A stretch of DNA of 34,577 nucleotides from Selaginella moellendorffii (taxonomy: Eukaryota > Plantae > Lycopodiophyta): NCBI RefSeq assembly GCF_000143415.4, contig NW_003314447.1, forward strand, positions 65,608 through 100,184, in the 5' to 3' direction. Each line of letters opens with the position of its first letter. Position 1 is the stretch's first letter. Below the pieces are notes generated by a model that was not told where the DNA came from, made no database searches, and saw only the letters and a list, made by a program, of their open reading frames with translations. Below, one piece after another: positions 1 to 12,771 of the stretch. The position numbers were made by a program, and so were the translations under genes.

Positions 1-2310
1 TGACGATGTCCCATATGCCCACCTAGCAGTATGACCAACCAAGTCCTTCCACTTCAATAATGAAGTAATGGCAGCATGGTCACCTTCAAATAACGTCTGA
101 GAACCATGTAGATATGCATGAAGTTTCTCAAAACCTAAGACTGCTAGTAAACACTCCTTCTCTATTGTGGAGTGGTTCATCTCTACTGGTTGTAATGTAT
201 GGCTTATATACACAATGGGATGGCATTGACTATGTAAACTTGAGTTTTCTTGCATCAACACTCCTCCAAGACCAATGTCAGAAGCATCCACGTGCAAAAT
301 AAAAGGTCGAGTATACTCAGGATATGCCAAAACCGGAGGAGTTGTCAATAGCTCTTTGAGATCCACGAATGCCCATTCATAATCCGAAGACCAGATGAAA
401 AATAACGTTGATGACTTTAGCAATGCTCGCAATGGTGTAATGCGATCAAAAAGATGATCTACAAAGTGACCGAGATATTGCACTTTGCCCAAGGAGAGCT
501 GCACATCATTTACACACTTCGGAGTAGAGAACTTTAAAATAACCATAAGTTTGTTAGGATCAACTTACAAACCCTCACAAGAAATATAGTACCCAAGATA
601 AGTTCTGTTCTTGGACCCAAACACGCACTTTGACCGCTTTAGCTTTAAACCAACCTCTCGTAGCCGATTGTAAGCTCCTGAGTTTGGACTTCCCGAGAGG
701 TCACCCAGCCCAGTACTATTCAAACCCAAGGACGCTTAACCCCAAGTATCCCAAGACCCTTAACTGATTGGAAAAGGGGGTGCACTCTTGTTCATGGGCC
801 CTTTCCCTCTATATTTGAACCCCAACGGATCGTCTCTCGAGTCGTTCCCTTTGGTTGCTTACACCGATCCAACACTTTACGAACATCACGAACATGCTCC
901 TCCCACATCCCCTTCGAGTGGATCAAGATATCATCAATGAAGTTAACAGTCACCTCCAACATATCGCAAAGAACCTCATCTATCATCTGCTGGAAAGTTG
1001 CTAAAGCATTGTTCAAACCAAATAACATCACCAAGAACTCGTACAATCCAAATGGTGTATGAAAAACAATCTTAGAAATATTTTCTTTGGCCATTGGTAC
1101 TTGCCAGTACCTAGAAACAAAATCTAGCTTGGTGAACCAACAATTTTGCCCTAGACGATCCAAAAGATTAATAGTGTGAGGAAGAGGGTACATATCCGGG
1201 AATGTCACTTCATTTAACGGATGATAGTCAATGCAAAAACGAATACTCCCATCAAGCTTCATCACAAGATGAGGTTCACATGCCCAAGGACACCGTGACT
1301 TCCGAATAACACCCCTTCTCCAACATCTCCTTAACGTTTGCGCATAAAATCTTGATCTCTTTGCGAGACTGATGACGAATAGGAACCTTGATTGGACGAG
1401 CATCCCCGGTTGCAATCAGATGACGTGTGGCAATCTTGGCCCCAGATGATGTGTCAAAGTCAAAAAGATCAGAATACTCCTTTATGAGTTGGTCAACCGC
1501 TGCAACACAAAGATTGTTGAAGGGACNNNNNNNNNNNNNNNNNNNNNNNNNNNNNNNNNNNNNNNNNNNNNNNNNNNNNNNNNNNNNNNNNNNNNNNNNN
1601 NNNNNNNNNNNNNNNNNNNNNNNNNNNNNNNNNNNNNNNNNNNNNNNNNNNNNNNNNNNNNNNNNNNNNNNNNNNNNNNNNNNNNNNNNNNNNNNNNNNN
1701 NNNNNNNNNNNNNNNNNNNNNNNNNNNNNNNNNNNNNNNNNNNNNNNNNNNNNNNNNNNNNNNNNNNNNNNNNNNNNNNNNNNNNNNNNNNNNNNNNNNN
1801 NNNNNNNNNNNNNNNNNNNNNNNNNNNNNNNNNNNNNNNNNNNNNNNNNNNNNNNNNNNNNNNNNNNNNNNNNNNNNNNNNNNNNNGTAAACGGCAACTT
1901 GTGGCAATAGGTTGAGCAATAGAAGATAAACTCGAATCTGTATCAACCAATATAGAGAGAATAATAGGAGACCTCTTGTTATAAAAACGAGTTTGGAAAA
2001 TAAACACTAAATGAACCAATGCCGAGTGAACCCCTTGATGATACTCCCGAAAGAAAGATGGAGGGGTCACTAAATTATTCGCGCAAGGTCCCTCCATTAC
2101 TCGCACGACTCCTCGTTTCCCGGATGCATTGCAGTGTCTAGACCTTCCACTACAGTAGCACCAATAGGACATTGTTGATGCCAAAGTCTCCACTTAGGAA
2201 ATGGAGGTTGCCAATCTAGAAAATGCTGACAAAGTCAATAAATGTGCCCAACTTCATCACATGCCCAACAGCGAATGTCACAGCCATGACCATGTCCTCG
2301 ACCCTGTCCT
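1..2310 (-). mobile_element. Degraded Ty3/gypsy LTR retrotransposon internal region (gag zinc knuckle, protease, RT, RNase H)
   Basis: Minus-strand translations give CWACDEVGHIY*LC (zinc knuckle, ~2230-2280), ILVDTDSSLSS (protease, ~1920-1960), RFCIDYHPLN...LDFVSRYWQV...FGLNNALATFQ...FIDDILIHS (RT) and RNase H-like sequence toward position 1. Contains frameshifts, stops and an N gap. Confidence 0.9.
669..863 (-). mobile_element. Cassandra-type (5S rRNA-bearing TRIM) solo LTR, 195 bp
   Basis: TGTAAG...CTTACA termini and a perfect CCGAT TSD (664-668/864-868). The minus strand has GTTAAGCGTCCTTGGGTTTGAATAGTACTGGGCTGGGTGACCTCTCGGGAAGTCC, matching the plant 5S rRNA internal promoter region. Removal rejoins RT (KVLDR|LREVGLKLK). 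Confidence 0.92.
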
Positions 2311-2859
2311 TGGACTCTCGTGTGTGTGTGGTTTTTCAACAGTAGAATGAAGAGTTATTAATGTTATAGCATAATATATGTTTTCAGTTTCACTAAAGAG
2401 TAAAGATTGATATATTCTTACTGCTTTTTCTAAATGCAACACTATTGAAACTTGATTGGAGCACTTAAATAAAATTTTATAAACTATAAATTTATTATAT
2501 AAAAAAAATAAATTTATGATATAATTTTTATGTTTACAATTATCTAAAGCAAAAATAAATTATTAAATTCAAAAAGATATATAAGTTTCTTTTGAAGTCA
2601 ATATAATAGTTAATCCTTGTTCTAACTTTTTAAATTAATTGTAATCTAAAATAAAAAAAGAGTAAATTTATAGAGTTTTTAGTTTAACAACTATAGTAAA
2701 GTGATTTTTCTTAGAAGACAATTGTAATTGACATTGTTGTAAGTAACAAAATCAAACTACTTACCAAATAGGAGGATCTTTGCATAGGATAAATAAACCT
2801 CCTTAAATGGAATGATCTAGAAAGCAACAGTTGAATTATGCCATAAAATCTTAAATTCA

Positions 2860-3250
2860 CAAATACTAAAACTAACAAGATATACCTGACTAAGATGTAC
2901 ACTATCTATAAGTATATATATTTCCNNNNNNNNNNNNNNNNNNNNNNNNNNNNNNNNNNNNNNNNNNNNNNNNNNNNNNNNNNNNNNNNNNNNNNNNNNN
3001 NNNNNNNNNNNNNNNNNNNNNNNNNNNNNNNNNNNNNNNNNNNNNNNNNNNNNNNNNTAAAGGTATTAGTTCTATTCTCATTGAGCTTAACAAATGGCAC
3101 TATACACATGTCCCAGAAGTGCAAGAAAATTTGTTATCTATGAAAAGCCTTACTGATACTAGTGTTCAATTTTCTGGAGATCAACACAGTATTACTTTTT
3201 ATTTTGATGTGGTCAAGGTGATGCACAGTACCTATTTACAAGTTTGATGC
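2860..3250 (+). mobile_element. Ty1/copia pol (protease region) relic, left-arm copy
   Basis: Mirror of 20131-20520; HVPE.QENLLSMKSLTD resembles the copia V.HVP...NLLS motif. Partly within an N gap. Confidence 0.45.
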
Positions 3251-3988
3251 TATTTTAGTGCCTCTCCTTGTCAAAGAATCTAAGATGCACTGATTCTAGC
3301 ATAAAAAGTATGAAAGTAGAAATGTCGCATACACTTTGGGATTGCTTGCTGATCCTGTATCCCACCTCCTATTGGTTATGGACAAGATCAGGCTTTTTTC
3401 ACATTAAAGCCTTCCGTTCTTAATAATGTTATGAAAGATCAGTAGTCCAGTGGTGCCTTGGTTTGAGCTATGCAAAAGAATATTTGTGATAGTTACTCAT
3501 TTTATGCCCTAGAAAGTTCGTGGCATTTGGTGCGGTGACAACTGGGATGCTTCCAGATAGAACAGAAAGTGGTAGTTCTGCACCATCAAGCTCCTGCTGC
3601 TCTCACTAGCAATAATCAAGAGGCACGAGAGATTTAGTTCTCCTGTGACAGATCAATGCGGGGGTGATCCTAGGGAACTGTAATCACCCCTTTGGCGCTT
3701 GTCAAAAGCCTCGACCACGCTCTTGCTGAGAAAGTGTTAAAGCTGACAGTGAGGGTGGCGCCCTCCTTCGCATAAACCTTTCATGTAGACACCATGGAAG
3801 TCTGGCTAGTAAATATCCTTGATGCGTCTCAAGAATCGGGGTGATTTTTGGGTGCTAAAATCGGGAGGAGTATCAAGCTCGGGAGAAAAAGCGGGCTTGT
3901 TTGATTCCCCCAAACCCACCAGGCACATGGAGAACTTCGTCCACTTGAGCTGCCTGAGGATGGAATTGCCTGTTCGTGACAGGAATGG

Positions 3989-4369
3989 ATGGTGAATGTG
4001 TGGCGTCGATGCTCCAAGCACAGCCCTGAACCTGGAAAGATCACACCGAAAGCTTACAAAGTCTACTTCTCTGGAAGTTCATACCTCTCAACCTTGGTCC
4101 CTGAAAACGTATCCCGCCGCCAGGGCGCCAAACACAAGGTCAGCGTCGAGAAAGCTACACTGCGAGGAGGAGGAGGAGCGACAGGAGGAGCGCCTGCGAT
4201 CGATCATGTCTTGTCAATGGAATCAGACGAGACAAGAGAACCAGCTGCCAGGGCTGGAGCCGCCGCTGCGCCGATAGGCCAGGAAATGGATTATCACAGC
4301 AGTCTCCAGCTTGCCCACGTCAATCTGCGCAAGGCTGAGGTGCTCCCGATGCCAGAGCATCCGCATTGA
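3989..4369 (+). other. Unassigned 126-aa ORF in GC-rich sequence, possibly a gene fragment (identical copy at 19009..19389 on the - strand)
   Basis: Open frame with ATG in gene-like composition; no family recognised. Confidence 0.25.
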
Positions 4370-4405
4370 TGATCGACGATGATTCAGTATTTGGTATTTA
4401 CAAAT

Positions 4406-4620
4406 ATCGGGAAGAGAATCGAACCCGAAACGTTTGTTCTGGGAGACCGATGTCCTAAATGACTGGTCTAAGCTGTTTTTGTGAGCCGGCGAACCAGAAT
4501 AATGGCTCCTTATTTAGCAAAATTTTTGCATAAAAGTCCTTGTTGAGTGGACCCTTCGGCATCGAACCCGGGTCTTCTACAACGGTTTACCTCTACACTT
4601 ACCTGATAGCCATCATCTCG
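4406..4620 (-). other. Two degenerate tRNA-like (Pol III A/B-box) relics, left-arm copy
   Basis: Reverse complements of GGTTCGATTC and ACCCGGGTTCGATGCC B-boxes; no intact cloverleaf. Confidence 0.4.
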
Positions 4621-4804
4621 GCAACCGGGTTCCCGGAATAAAAAAATCATACCATGTACTTGAACCATATGACAGGGGTCTTTGCGAAATCCATGGCGTT
4701 TTTGTTAGATCGCCCACCAGACGAGATTATCCCCCGCATTCGTGCTGCTCGGCGTTTCGTCCTTGGCAAAGCCCCCTCTTGGGTTGTGAATCGAAATGGA
4801 TCGT

Positions 4805-5915
4805 CAAGAGTTATGGCCTGGGTTGCAATAGAAACTCGCAGAGCAATCTCCACAGCCGCAGGAGCTTTGCGATCTTCTGCTGGTGTGAATCTCATCAGTC
4901 CCAAAACTCCACGTTTCGGCAATCCAACGAAACCTGTAGCGTGTGGCCATTCAAACGAACATACCTCGGTATCATCCTCGCCTGCCTCGATGCCTGGAGA
5001 GTAACAGTCCCGGGAAGAACCATCATTTGCCCGAAACGAAATGACGATGGATCCCCTTGCATTCCCGCTGCCAGCCAAGTACCAGCTTGTGTAGAACTGA
5101 GCCCGAGCCGGAGACCAATCCACCGGGGCTGAGCTCGCTGTGTGTGCCAGAAAAAGAGAGCCTGAAGAGGACGCGAGCACCCGACTTGGAGCAGGGCTGA
5201 GACTGAAAACACGACTGTCCGCGAAGTTGATGCCTGTTTCTTCGCTGAGATCTCCAGCCAAGTGCTTCGCCAAGCTCTCCTCCAGCTCCAGATAGACACT
5301 ACTTGTAGTTGCAAGCGGGCACTTGCCTACCAGCTTTGAGCCAAACATGCTGGAGAGTGTCCAGTCTTGCAGCTTTCGGAAAACAACCTGCTCCAATGTC
5401 GTGCCTTCTTCGTCCCGATCGAAGTCACCGGAAGTGATAAGCAGCCTCTGGGAATGGTACATACCACTGTAAATCGTCTGCCTGTCCAGGAGCGTCGTGA
5501 GCCCAGCCTTGTCTCTACATGGGAGAAGCGTGAGCCATGGCGTGAGCCGTGGCATTCTACAGAGTGCTTCTCTCGGGAGTGCTCGCTCTTGCTCCATTTC
5601 TTTCCTTTCACCACCCTCTTCATGCCAGGAGCGTCGAAAGCTCCTCCTCCTCCTGTCCGGTTTGCCTCGGGCCTCGACGAGAACCACGGCCCCAAGAACG
5701 TAGTTGGCAATTCGAGGAAGTTGATCGATGCGCAAAAGAGGCCCGAGAGAGCGTGCGTGAGGTTTCCCCACGTCGAATCCACCTCTGCCTCTGGAAATGC
5801 CATGAGCTCCACTCCCACTGGCTTGGCGGCGAGCTGCGCGATCGGATCGCCCACGCCCCAGCGCTCGTTGTTCCATCGCCCTTGCCATGTCTTTGATTCG
5901 AAACTTCCGGACCTG
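4805..5915 (-). pseudogene. GPI16: GPI transamidase subunit PIG-T/GPI16 pseudogene fragment (left arm)
   Basis: Motifs split across frames: VRKFRIK.M / QGRWNNERWG..DP / AKPVGVEL...W.NLTHALSGLFCASINFLE / LPREA.C / LTPWL.LLPCRDKAG...YHSQRL / DWTLSSMFG. Small deletions and frameshifts; truncated before the C-terminal GFLHID region. Confidence 0.88.
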
Positions 5916-6684
5916 TTCCAAGCGATTCTTTCATCATCGTTTCGGGATTTGAGGATGGAAGATCGACAAAAGAAAGGGCAAAAGGAGGATAGGGTTGGAT
6001 TTTACCTCTCAAAAGCCTCGACCACTGAGAAACGTACTTGGAGTAAGAGTTCGCAGCCTTGGAGGCATGGAGGGCAATGAGATCACTCTTCTGAAGGCCA
6101 TGGGTGTTTGCACTGTGCTGGGAGATTCTCTCCAAGGGCAAGTAAATGTGTGCTTGAATTCTTTCTAGTAGTTGAGTTTATATGTATGGAAAGTGTGGGC
6201 TCATTGAGATGCATTTGATTGAGCAGGATGAAACATGATGATCAGTGTGTACGTGTTGCATGAGTGTGGTAAGCAAGCAATCCACCTCTATGCATACTTA
6301 TGTACAAAATGAGTTGATGTTTTGCCAATGCTTGCTCAATGTTGCATGACCATTTGTTTGGTTGCAATTTTGTCTACCCAGATTGTTCTTATTAGCATGT
6401 ATATTGAGTGCAATAGTCTTGAAGTGCAATTATCTTTTAGTGGAGTTTTGAGCCTTGGACGATTGTCATTTAGCGCATATACTTGCAAGACAATTACCAA
6501 GTAGGAAGGCCTGAGATAAAAAAAGATCACCTTCTCATGGTTTTAGATGCTTGTTTTTCTCTTGAAGTTCTTTGAACTGATAATCACATTTATAAGCTAA
6601 ATGTATAAATATACATTTGTGATACATTTCTGTTTTGGTTGAGATGTCTCTATTGCCTAAGAAGTAAAGCAAGTCCTCATACCA

Positions 6685-8010
6685 CAAAAAGGCGATGGAT
6701 GTCTCCATCAATTGTTGAAATGCTCTTTTAAGGACTTAAGAACTACTAAAGAAAAGTGCAAGACATTTGGGAAGGAGAGATGTGAATAGGACCTTGCATG
6801 TTATTTTTGGTGTTGGATTAGTGATTGCTAAAGGAGCTATCTTGCCATCAATTTTCTGTTGATCAGTTTTTTTTTTTTTGTACTTATGTGGTTGTTATCT
6901 TTGCAAACTCTTCCTCAAAATCTTGATTGCATTGATCTATCCCATTGGAGCCTTTTGCTGGAAGATGACAAAGGTACATTCTCGATTGCACATTGCTTAA
7001 GCTGCTATTAATAGCAATCCGTCCCTTGTGTTACAATGCTATTATCAATGAATGGTTGTTTCTAGACATGTTAAAAACGTGGTGGTCATAGCTCTGGATG
7101 AAGCTTCCAACACCTCTTTGTGCTGTGAGTCTTGATGTTGCAATGGGACCAATACCAAGAGTGTGGAGCACATTGTGGCTTCTCAGACTGTTGTAAGCAG
7201 CAAGTATAGAATTTTTGGAACATTTTCTTTTGGATTTACTACTACTACTTCTAGATGATTTCCTTGTACCTTATAAGCTCCATCAAAGACTTTTTGATCA
7301 CTGTAAGAATTTCATCATCAATAGCGGTAGAAGCAGTAGGTATATGAGAGATAGTTGCATATAAAGCTTCCAACAAGAGAGGGAGGAAAGCCCCCTCAAC
7401 CCTAGAGATACTGAGCTCCTGGAGAAAAGCACGCTCTAAAATCTTAGCAACTACAAAAGTTTTATGACATGTCCAAAAACTACAGTTCCACACACTCCTT
7501 TCAGTAGGCACTAAAACACATTACATACTCTAGCATTGACTCGCAAGCTCTTTGTCAAAAGGTAAACAAGTCTATGAGCAAACAATTTACTACCCATTAT
7601 TGATCAAAATATGATTTGAATGAAGCCTTGAACATGGTGTAGTCCACTATATCTGCCTTCAAAAGAGTCTTTGCCTATATTGTTGCTCGGCTGATAAGCG
7701 ATCGAGAGGTCTCGAAACTTGTCATCATCATTGCCAATGTCATTTGATGCATAATATTACTTATGTGTGTCTTGGGCAAGATGTCTCCATTGCCTAAAAA
7801 GTAAGGCAAGTTCATCCTATATTGCACAATATGGATTTGAAGATGAACTGCTATAGGTAATAGATGCCAACACTCACTATTTGCCGAAGTCTCTAAATCC
7901 TTAGCTGAAAGAGCCATTTGATATTATAGCTCATAATGGATACGTGAATAATGACTATTAACTTGAGGAATATTGTTGATAGTAAGCAGACATTGAATAT
8001 GTGTGGATCT
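6685..8010 (-). mobile_element. Ty3/gypsy gag relic, inverted homologue of 11235-12627
   Basis: MNLPYFLGNGDILPKTHI matches 11435 onward; clear reverse-complement similarity along its length (e.g. 7090-7190 vs 12125-12230). Confidence 0.75.
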
Positions 8011-8181
8011 CAAATATCCCAAAACCTTTTATAACAAGAGGTTTCCTATTATTCTCTCTGTGTTAGTTGATACAGGTTCAAGTTTATCTGAAAAAGGGAT
8101 GCATTCTGATATATATGCCCTTTCCCTTTATATTTACACTTTATGAATTGGCTTTCAAGGTGTTCTCTTTAGTTGTTTACA
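8011..8181 (-). mobile_element. Degraded partial Cassandra LTR with a ~60-bp gypsy protease filler
   Basis: CAAATATCCCAAAACC...GAAAAAGGGATGCA...GCCCTTTCCCTTTATATTT...TTTAGTTGTTTACA aligns with 742-863. The insert at ~8027-8089 encodes PIILSVLVDTGSSLS. Confidence 0.6.
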
Positions 8182-8187
8182 CTTTAC

Positions 8188-9297
8188 TATGAGACATAAA
8201 ATCCCTAGGCCCCAAAGTGGAGTTGAAAGGGTGCCACGTGGTAGTGGCCGAAGTGAAAGCTAAACAAGCATAACTCATTTGGACTAAAAGCTCTAACTTG
8301 AAAAGTTGAGAGGGGGAGTGGAACTCCCAACGAAGGGCTTAAGTAACAAGCACGAAGCGAGCTATGAGTGAGTCTCTAAAAAAGGGGCTAGTTTGGCCAG
8401 GAAAGGCCAGTTTGGCCCAGGAATGCCATACCCAGCTGTTGGTTGATGGGATGACCATTGAAAAGTCCAAGGCTAGAGTGAATACAAACCGACAAGTGGG
8501 GTAGCTTGGTGAAGTGTTCAAGAGCCAACTCTAGTTCCCTCGGGAGATCGAATGATCGATGCTCCTAGTCCAAGTGTGGGTGGCATTACCTACTTGGATA
8601 CCTGGCGTGGCTCAACAGAACCTCGCTCTAAGCCCATGGCTAGAGCACCCAAAGGTGGAAGGCGAGGAGAGTACCCAAGAGGCTCACGTAGGCCCATGGT
8701 GTTCCGAAATGTTGTCCCAAAGTCCCAGACTGTGGAAAGGAAGAGGTGTAGTCTTCTACAATGGTGATCAAGGATACAGTCACACTGTGAGGAAGTCCTA
8801 GTGGACAGTGGGACTTGGTGGTTGGGCCTGCAGGCCTTAATCCAGTGGTAGTATTGGCAAATACGGCCATAGACAAAAAGGGACTTGGTGGGGACAGGAA
8901 AAGAGATATTGGGGAAGGTTATTCCTCTTGTCTGCGAGCATCCTAAACATGTTAAGGAGTGGATCTAGGATGATCACTTATGGATGGATGGCTCAGTCTT
9001 TGAGAAATGGGACTGTGATGTAAATGGTGTTAGATCACCGGTGTGACCAAGGTGAATGGGCATCGCCTTAGCGTAACGGGCTGATATGTCGGTGGTACCG
9101 TGGGGTGTCGGTCATGGGATCGGACACGTGGAGCACTTGGACCAAGTGTAATGGTTGAGTGGCCTGGATGCCATTCTTGGGGCTAGCAAGTCCTTAAGTT
9201 CAAAATAAGACTTATGGAGGTTGTGAGTGAGACTCCTCCAAGTGGTCAGAAGTGTGGTTAAGTGACTAAAGTAGAATTGAAAATTTAGTCGCTTACA
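8188..9297 (+). mobile_element. Solo LTR (~1.1 kb) with TSD
   Basis: T(A)TGAGAC...GCTTACA termini, TTTAC TSD at 8183-8187/9298-9302, and homology (inverted) to 12633-15336. Strand is relative to that copy only. Confidence 0.85.
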
Positions 9298-9575
9298 TTT
9301 ACTTCAAATATCAAATCATGCATTTTCATGGACAATCCATCTACTAATTTTTTTTTCTCAATTGGTTCTAAAACTATTAAGGCACTAATTTAATTAGTAT
9401 TTGAAGGAACAAAAACTAATGAAATGATGTTCCAAAATGACAAAGCAACAATGATCAGTGATAAAACCATATGTTTCCTTTAAAGGAGTAGCTTGCACTA
9501 CCCTAGCTTTTCAATTTTTATTTCTACAAATGTAGCAAGTGTTAAATAATTATACTCCCATAATATATGTATTAT

Positions 9576-9835
9576 TGTGAGGAATCAACTCCCCGAAGTT
9601 GTTGTAGGCGAAAAGATTCCAAAATCAAAACTAGAACAATAAAAAGTTCATCAGATAAGATTGAGACTAAGTTTGAAACTAAGTCTGAGATTTGAGATTG
9701 GGTTTGAGACTGAGTTCAAAACCGAGTTTGAGATTCAAGTCAAAGATCAAATTCAAGATTGAATCCAAGGTTAAATCCAAGGTTGAGTCTAAGATTGAGT
9801 CTGAGATCGAGTTTGAGACCAAATTTGAAGTACAT
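9576..9835 (+). mobile_element. LTR 5' portion, same family as 29832-30576, with degenerate 6/12-bp repeats
   Basis: TGTGAGGAATCAACTCCCCGAAGTTGTTGTAGG resembles TGTAAGGAACCAACTCCCCAAGGTGTTGTAGG and is followed by GAGTCTGAGATC-like repeats. Confidence 0.6.
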
Positions 9836-11234
9836 TAAAGAGAGCAAGTGTGACTTTATTAAGATGGAGAGCATAGTTTAGAGCATTAGGAATATTTTGA
9901 TTCCTAAAATATTCCCCTATCTTTGTGTGCAAGAGAGCAAGGGCAAAGAGGGTATTTAGGGTAAATGGAAAGAGCTTATGGAGGCTTTTAGAGCTAGAAT
10001 TAGAGATGTTAGGAAAAACCCCTCATCTCCCAACAAATGGTGAACTTAGTGTGACAAGTTAATCTAGCTTTCTTTGGAGAATAAGAGAATTTTCTAGATG
10101 GATAGAGAGATTTTGGAGTTTTAGTGGCTAGATTCATGTTTGGGGGATCTCTAGCACTGATAAAAACTCCCCTTGCACGAATTTGAAACATAGACTTATA
10201 AATCTAGAGTTCTTGGTGTTGTTTTTCCACTTCACTTTATTTCACACGATTTTGAAGACATTTTTACTGATAGAAGCATTCACTTTGGTTGTGCCTTATT
10301 TGAGTCAAACCAGCTTCTCCTCCTCTTTCTAGAGAGTTAAAGAACACTTGATTTGGTGGAGAATCAAACTGCGTGCAAGCATTTTTCTTTCACAATTTAC
10401 CCTTGTTTTCACAATTTATTTTTAGAGGTTTAAACTTGAGATTTTAGCATGGATTTGGAGAATTGCATGAGTGGGCATTTAGATCTGGTCATGAGGATTC
10501 CAAAAAGTGCTTTTTTGATAAATAAAGTTTAAAAACTGGGGAGATTTTTCATTTTTTCTTGCTCCTTTTCTTCTTTTCTTTTTACAATTGAGTTCTAAAA
10601 CTCTAACAATAAGATTTCCTAAGTGTTTTGTGAAATTCTTTCTTGAGTTTCTCCCTTTGCTTCTCAGCTTTCATAAAAGTCCTTTCTTGCAAGGGAATTT
10701 GCAAAGAATCATGAGTTTTGGTGTTGTTTTTATTACATATTACACAGTTGTGATTTTAAAGGGATTATTCTTTCTAGTTTCAACATCACTTTCATCTTTC
10801 TTGAGTGTTTTGGATAAATCCTCATTAGATCTTTTCATTGTGTGCTTGCATGAAACATTTAATAGCAATATAAAAAGTTTGAAACAATTTCCCACTTGTT
10901 CATTTATTTTGAGTACAAGGGGTGGTTTCAGTTATTTTCGCTCAATTTTGGGCAATTTTGGTCAATTTTTCTTTTTATGGCTATGTAGATGGAATCAATG
11001 GTTTTCTGATGCACTATTGCTCATGCTTTTTGGCACTCTAGAGATTGAGATATTCACATTTTTGTCTTTGCAAACTTGTGAATATTGGTGAGTGATAATT
11101 TTTAGGGTTCTTAAATTCTCTAGCTTTTTTTTTTTGCTATGAGATCTTTGCATTAGATTTAAAGCATTCCAAAAGCCAAGAAGTTTTTACTCTTTAGGAG
11201 CATTTATTGCATGTAGTGACAGCTTGTTTATAGT

Positions 11235-12632
11235 AGATCCATACATATTCGATGCTTGCATATTATTAGCAATATTTTTTAGGTTTAACAGTCATTATAC
11301 ACATATCTATTATAAACTATATTATCAAATGGCTCTCTCAACTGAGGAGGATTCAGAGTCTTAGGCAAATACCAAGTTTGGGCATCCATTATTATAGTAA
11401 TTCCTCCTGTAATCCATATTGTGCAACATGGGATGGACTTGCCTTACTTCTTAGGCAATGGGGACATCTTGGCCAAGATACACATTCTACAGTTTGAGCA
11501 ATATTATGCATCAAATGACATTTGTGATGATGATCATAAGCTTCGAGACTTCTCTCAATCTTTTACTACCTAAGCAACAGCATGGGCAGAGACTCTTTTG
11601 GAGGCAGATATGGTGGACTACACCACATTCAAGACCTTATTCAAATCACATTTTGATTAGCAGTGGCTGGCAAATTGTTTATTTATGGACTTGTTTGCCT
11701 TTCAACAAAGAGCTCGTGAGTCAGTGCTAAAGTATGTGATGCATTTTAGTGCCTATGGGAGTGTGTGGAGCAGCAGGTGATCACCAATGAGCCTCATAGT
11801 ATCACGGCATTCATCTCTACACTCAAGAGGAATTTCTAACACAAGATGCTCAAGAGGCAATTTTGGATATGTCACGAGACTTTTGCAACTGCTGAGACTT
11901 TAGAGTGTGATCTTCTCTAGGAACTTAGTATCTCCAAGGTTGAGGGAGTTTCATATGCAGCTATCTCTCATATAACTACTGCTCCTGCTGTCGTTGATGA
12001 CAAATTTTCTATAGTGATTAAGAAGGCTTTGATGGAGCTTGTAAGGTACAAAGAGATCATTTAATAACAATAGCAAATGCAAGAGAAAATCCTTCAAGAG
12101 CTCCATACTTACCACTTATAGTAGGTTGAGAAGCCACAATGTGCTCCACACTCTTGGTATTGCTCCCATTGCAACATCACAACTCACAGCATAGAGAGGT
12201 GTTGGAAGCTTTATCTAGAGCTGTGACCACCACATTTTCAATGTGTCCAATTCACTGATAATAGCACTATAACACAAGCAAAGGATTGCTACTAACAACA
12301 ACTTGAGCAGCATGCAATCTAGGATGTACCTTCATCATCTTCCAACAAAGGAAAATCTCTAATGGGACAAGTTAATGCAATCAAAATCCCAAGGAAGAGT
12401 TTGCAAAGACAATAGCCACATGAGCACAAAAGAAGAAAACAACCAATCAAGAGAAAATTGATGGCGATCTAGCTCCTTTAGCAATCACTAATCCAACACT
12501 AAAGGTGGCATGTAAACTCCCATTCACGTCTCTCCTTCCAAGATATCTTGCACCTTCCTTTGGTAGGGACTTGCAGTGTGCACTTCAACAATTGATAGAA
12601 ACATTTGTCACCTTTTTGTGGTGTGAGCTTTC
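11235..12632 (+). mobile_element. Ty3/gypsy gag relic; continues after the LTR insertion into protease at ~15480-15780
   Basis: MDLPYFLGNGD...FEQYYASNDI.DDDHKL..F...ATAWAE...FK.LFKSHF...QQRARESVLKY (retrotransposon gag) and zinc knuckle CSHCNITTHSIERC at ~12158-12200. Confidence 0.8.
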
Positions 12633-12771
12633 TGTAAATGACTAAATTTTCCATTTTACTTTAATCACTTAACCACACCTCCAACCACTTGGAGGAATCT
12701 CACTCACAACCTCTATAAGTCCTATTTCGGACTTGGGTTTGCTACCCCCAAGAATGGCATCCTTGCCACTC

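Larger units (their letters stand above)
2330..6535. repeat. Left arm (high-identity part) of large inverted duplication; pairs with ~16860-21145
   Basis: Reverse-complement match to the right arm. Mirrored ORFs are identical (3989..4369 vs 19009..19389; 4895..5314 vs 18064..18483) with coordinate sums of 23378. Confidence 0.97.

Noticed and set aside
686-741. 5S rRNA gene
   Set aside because: Only ~55 nt of 5S similarity, embedded in a TSD-flanked LTR.
1427-1946. Long ORFs spanning X runs
   Set aside because: Produced by the 360-N gap at 1527-1886.
4647-5921. 424-aa ORF (and 423-aa mirror at 17460..18731) as an intact gene
   Set aside because: PIG-T homology shifts between frames. The ORF's N-terminal third is mostly out of frame and its tail is unrelated sequence.
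10588-11091. 167-aa hydrophobic ORF as a membrane protein
   Set aside because: T-rich retroelement leader sequence with a non-ATG start and no recognisable family.
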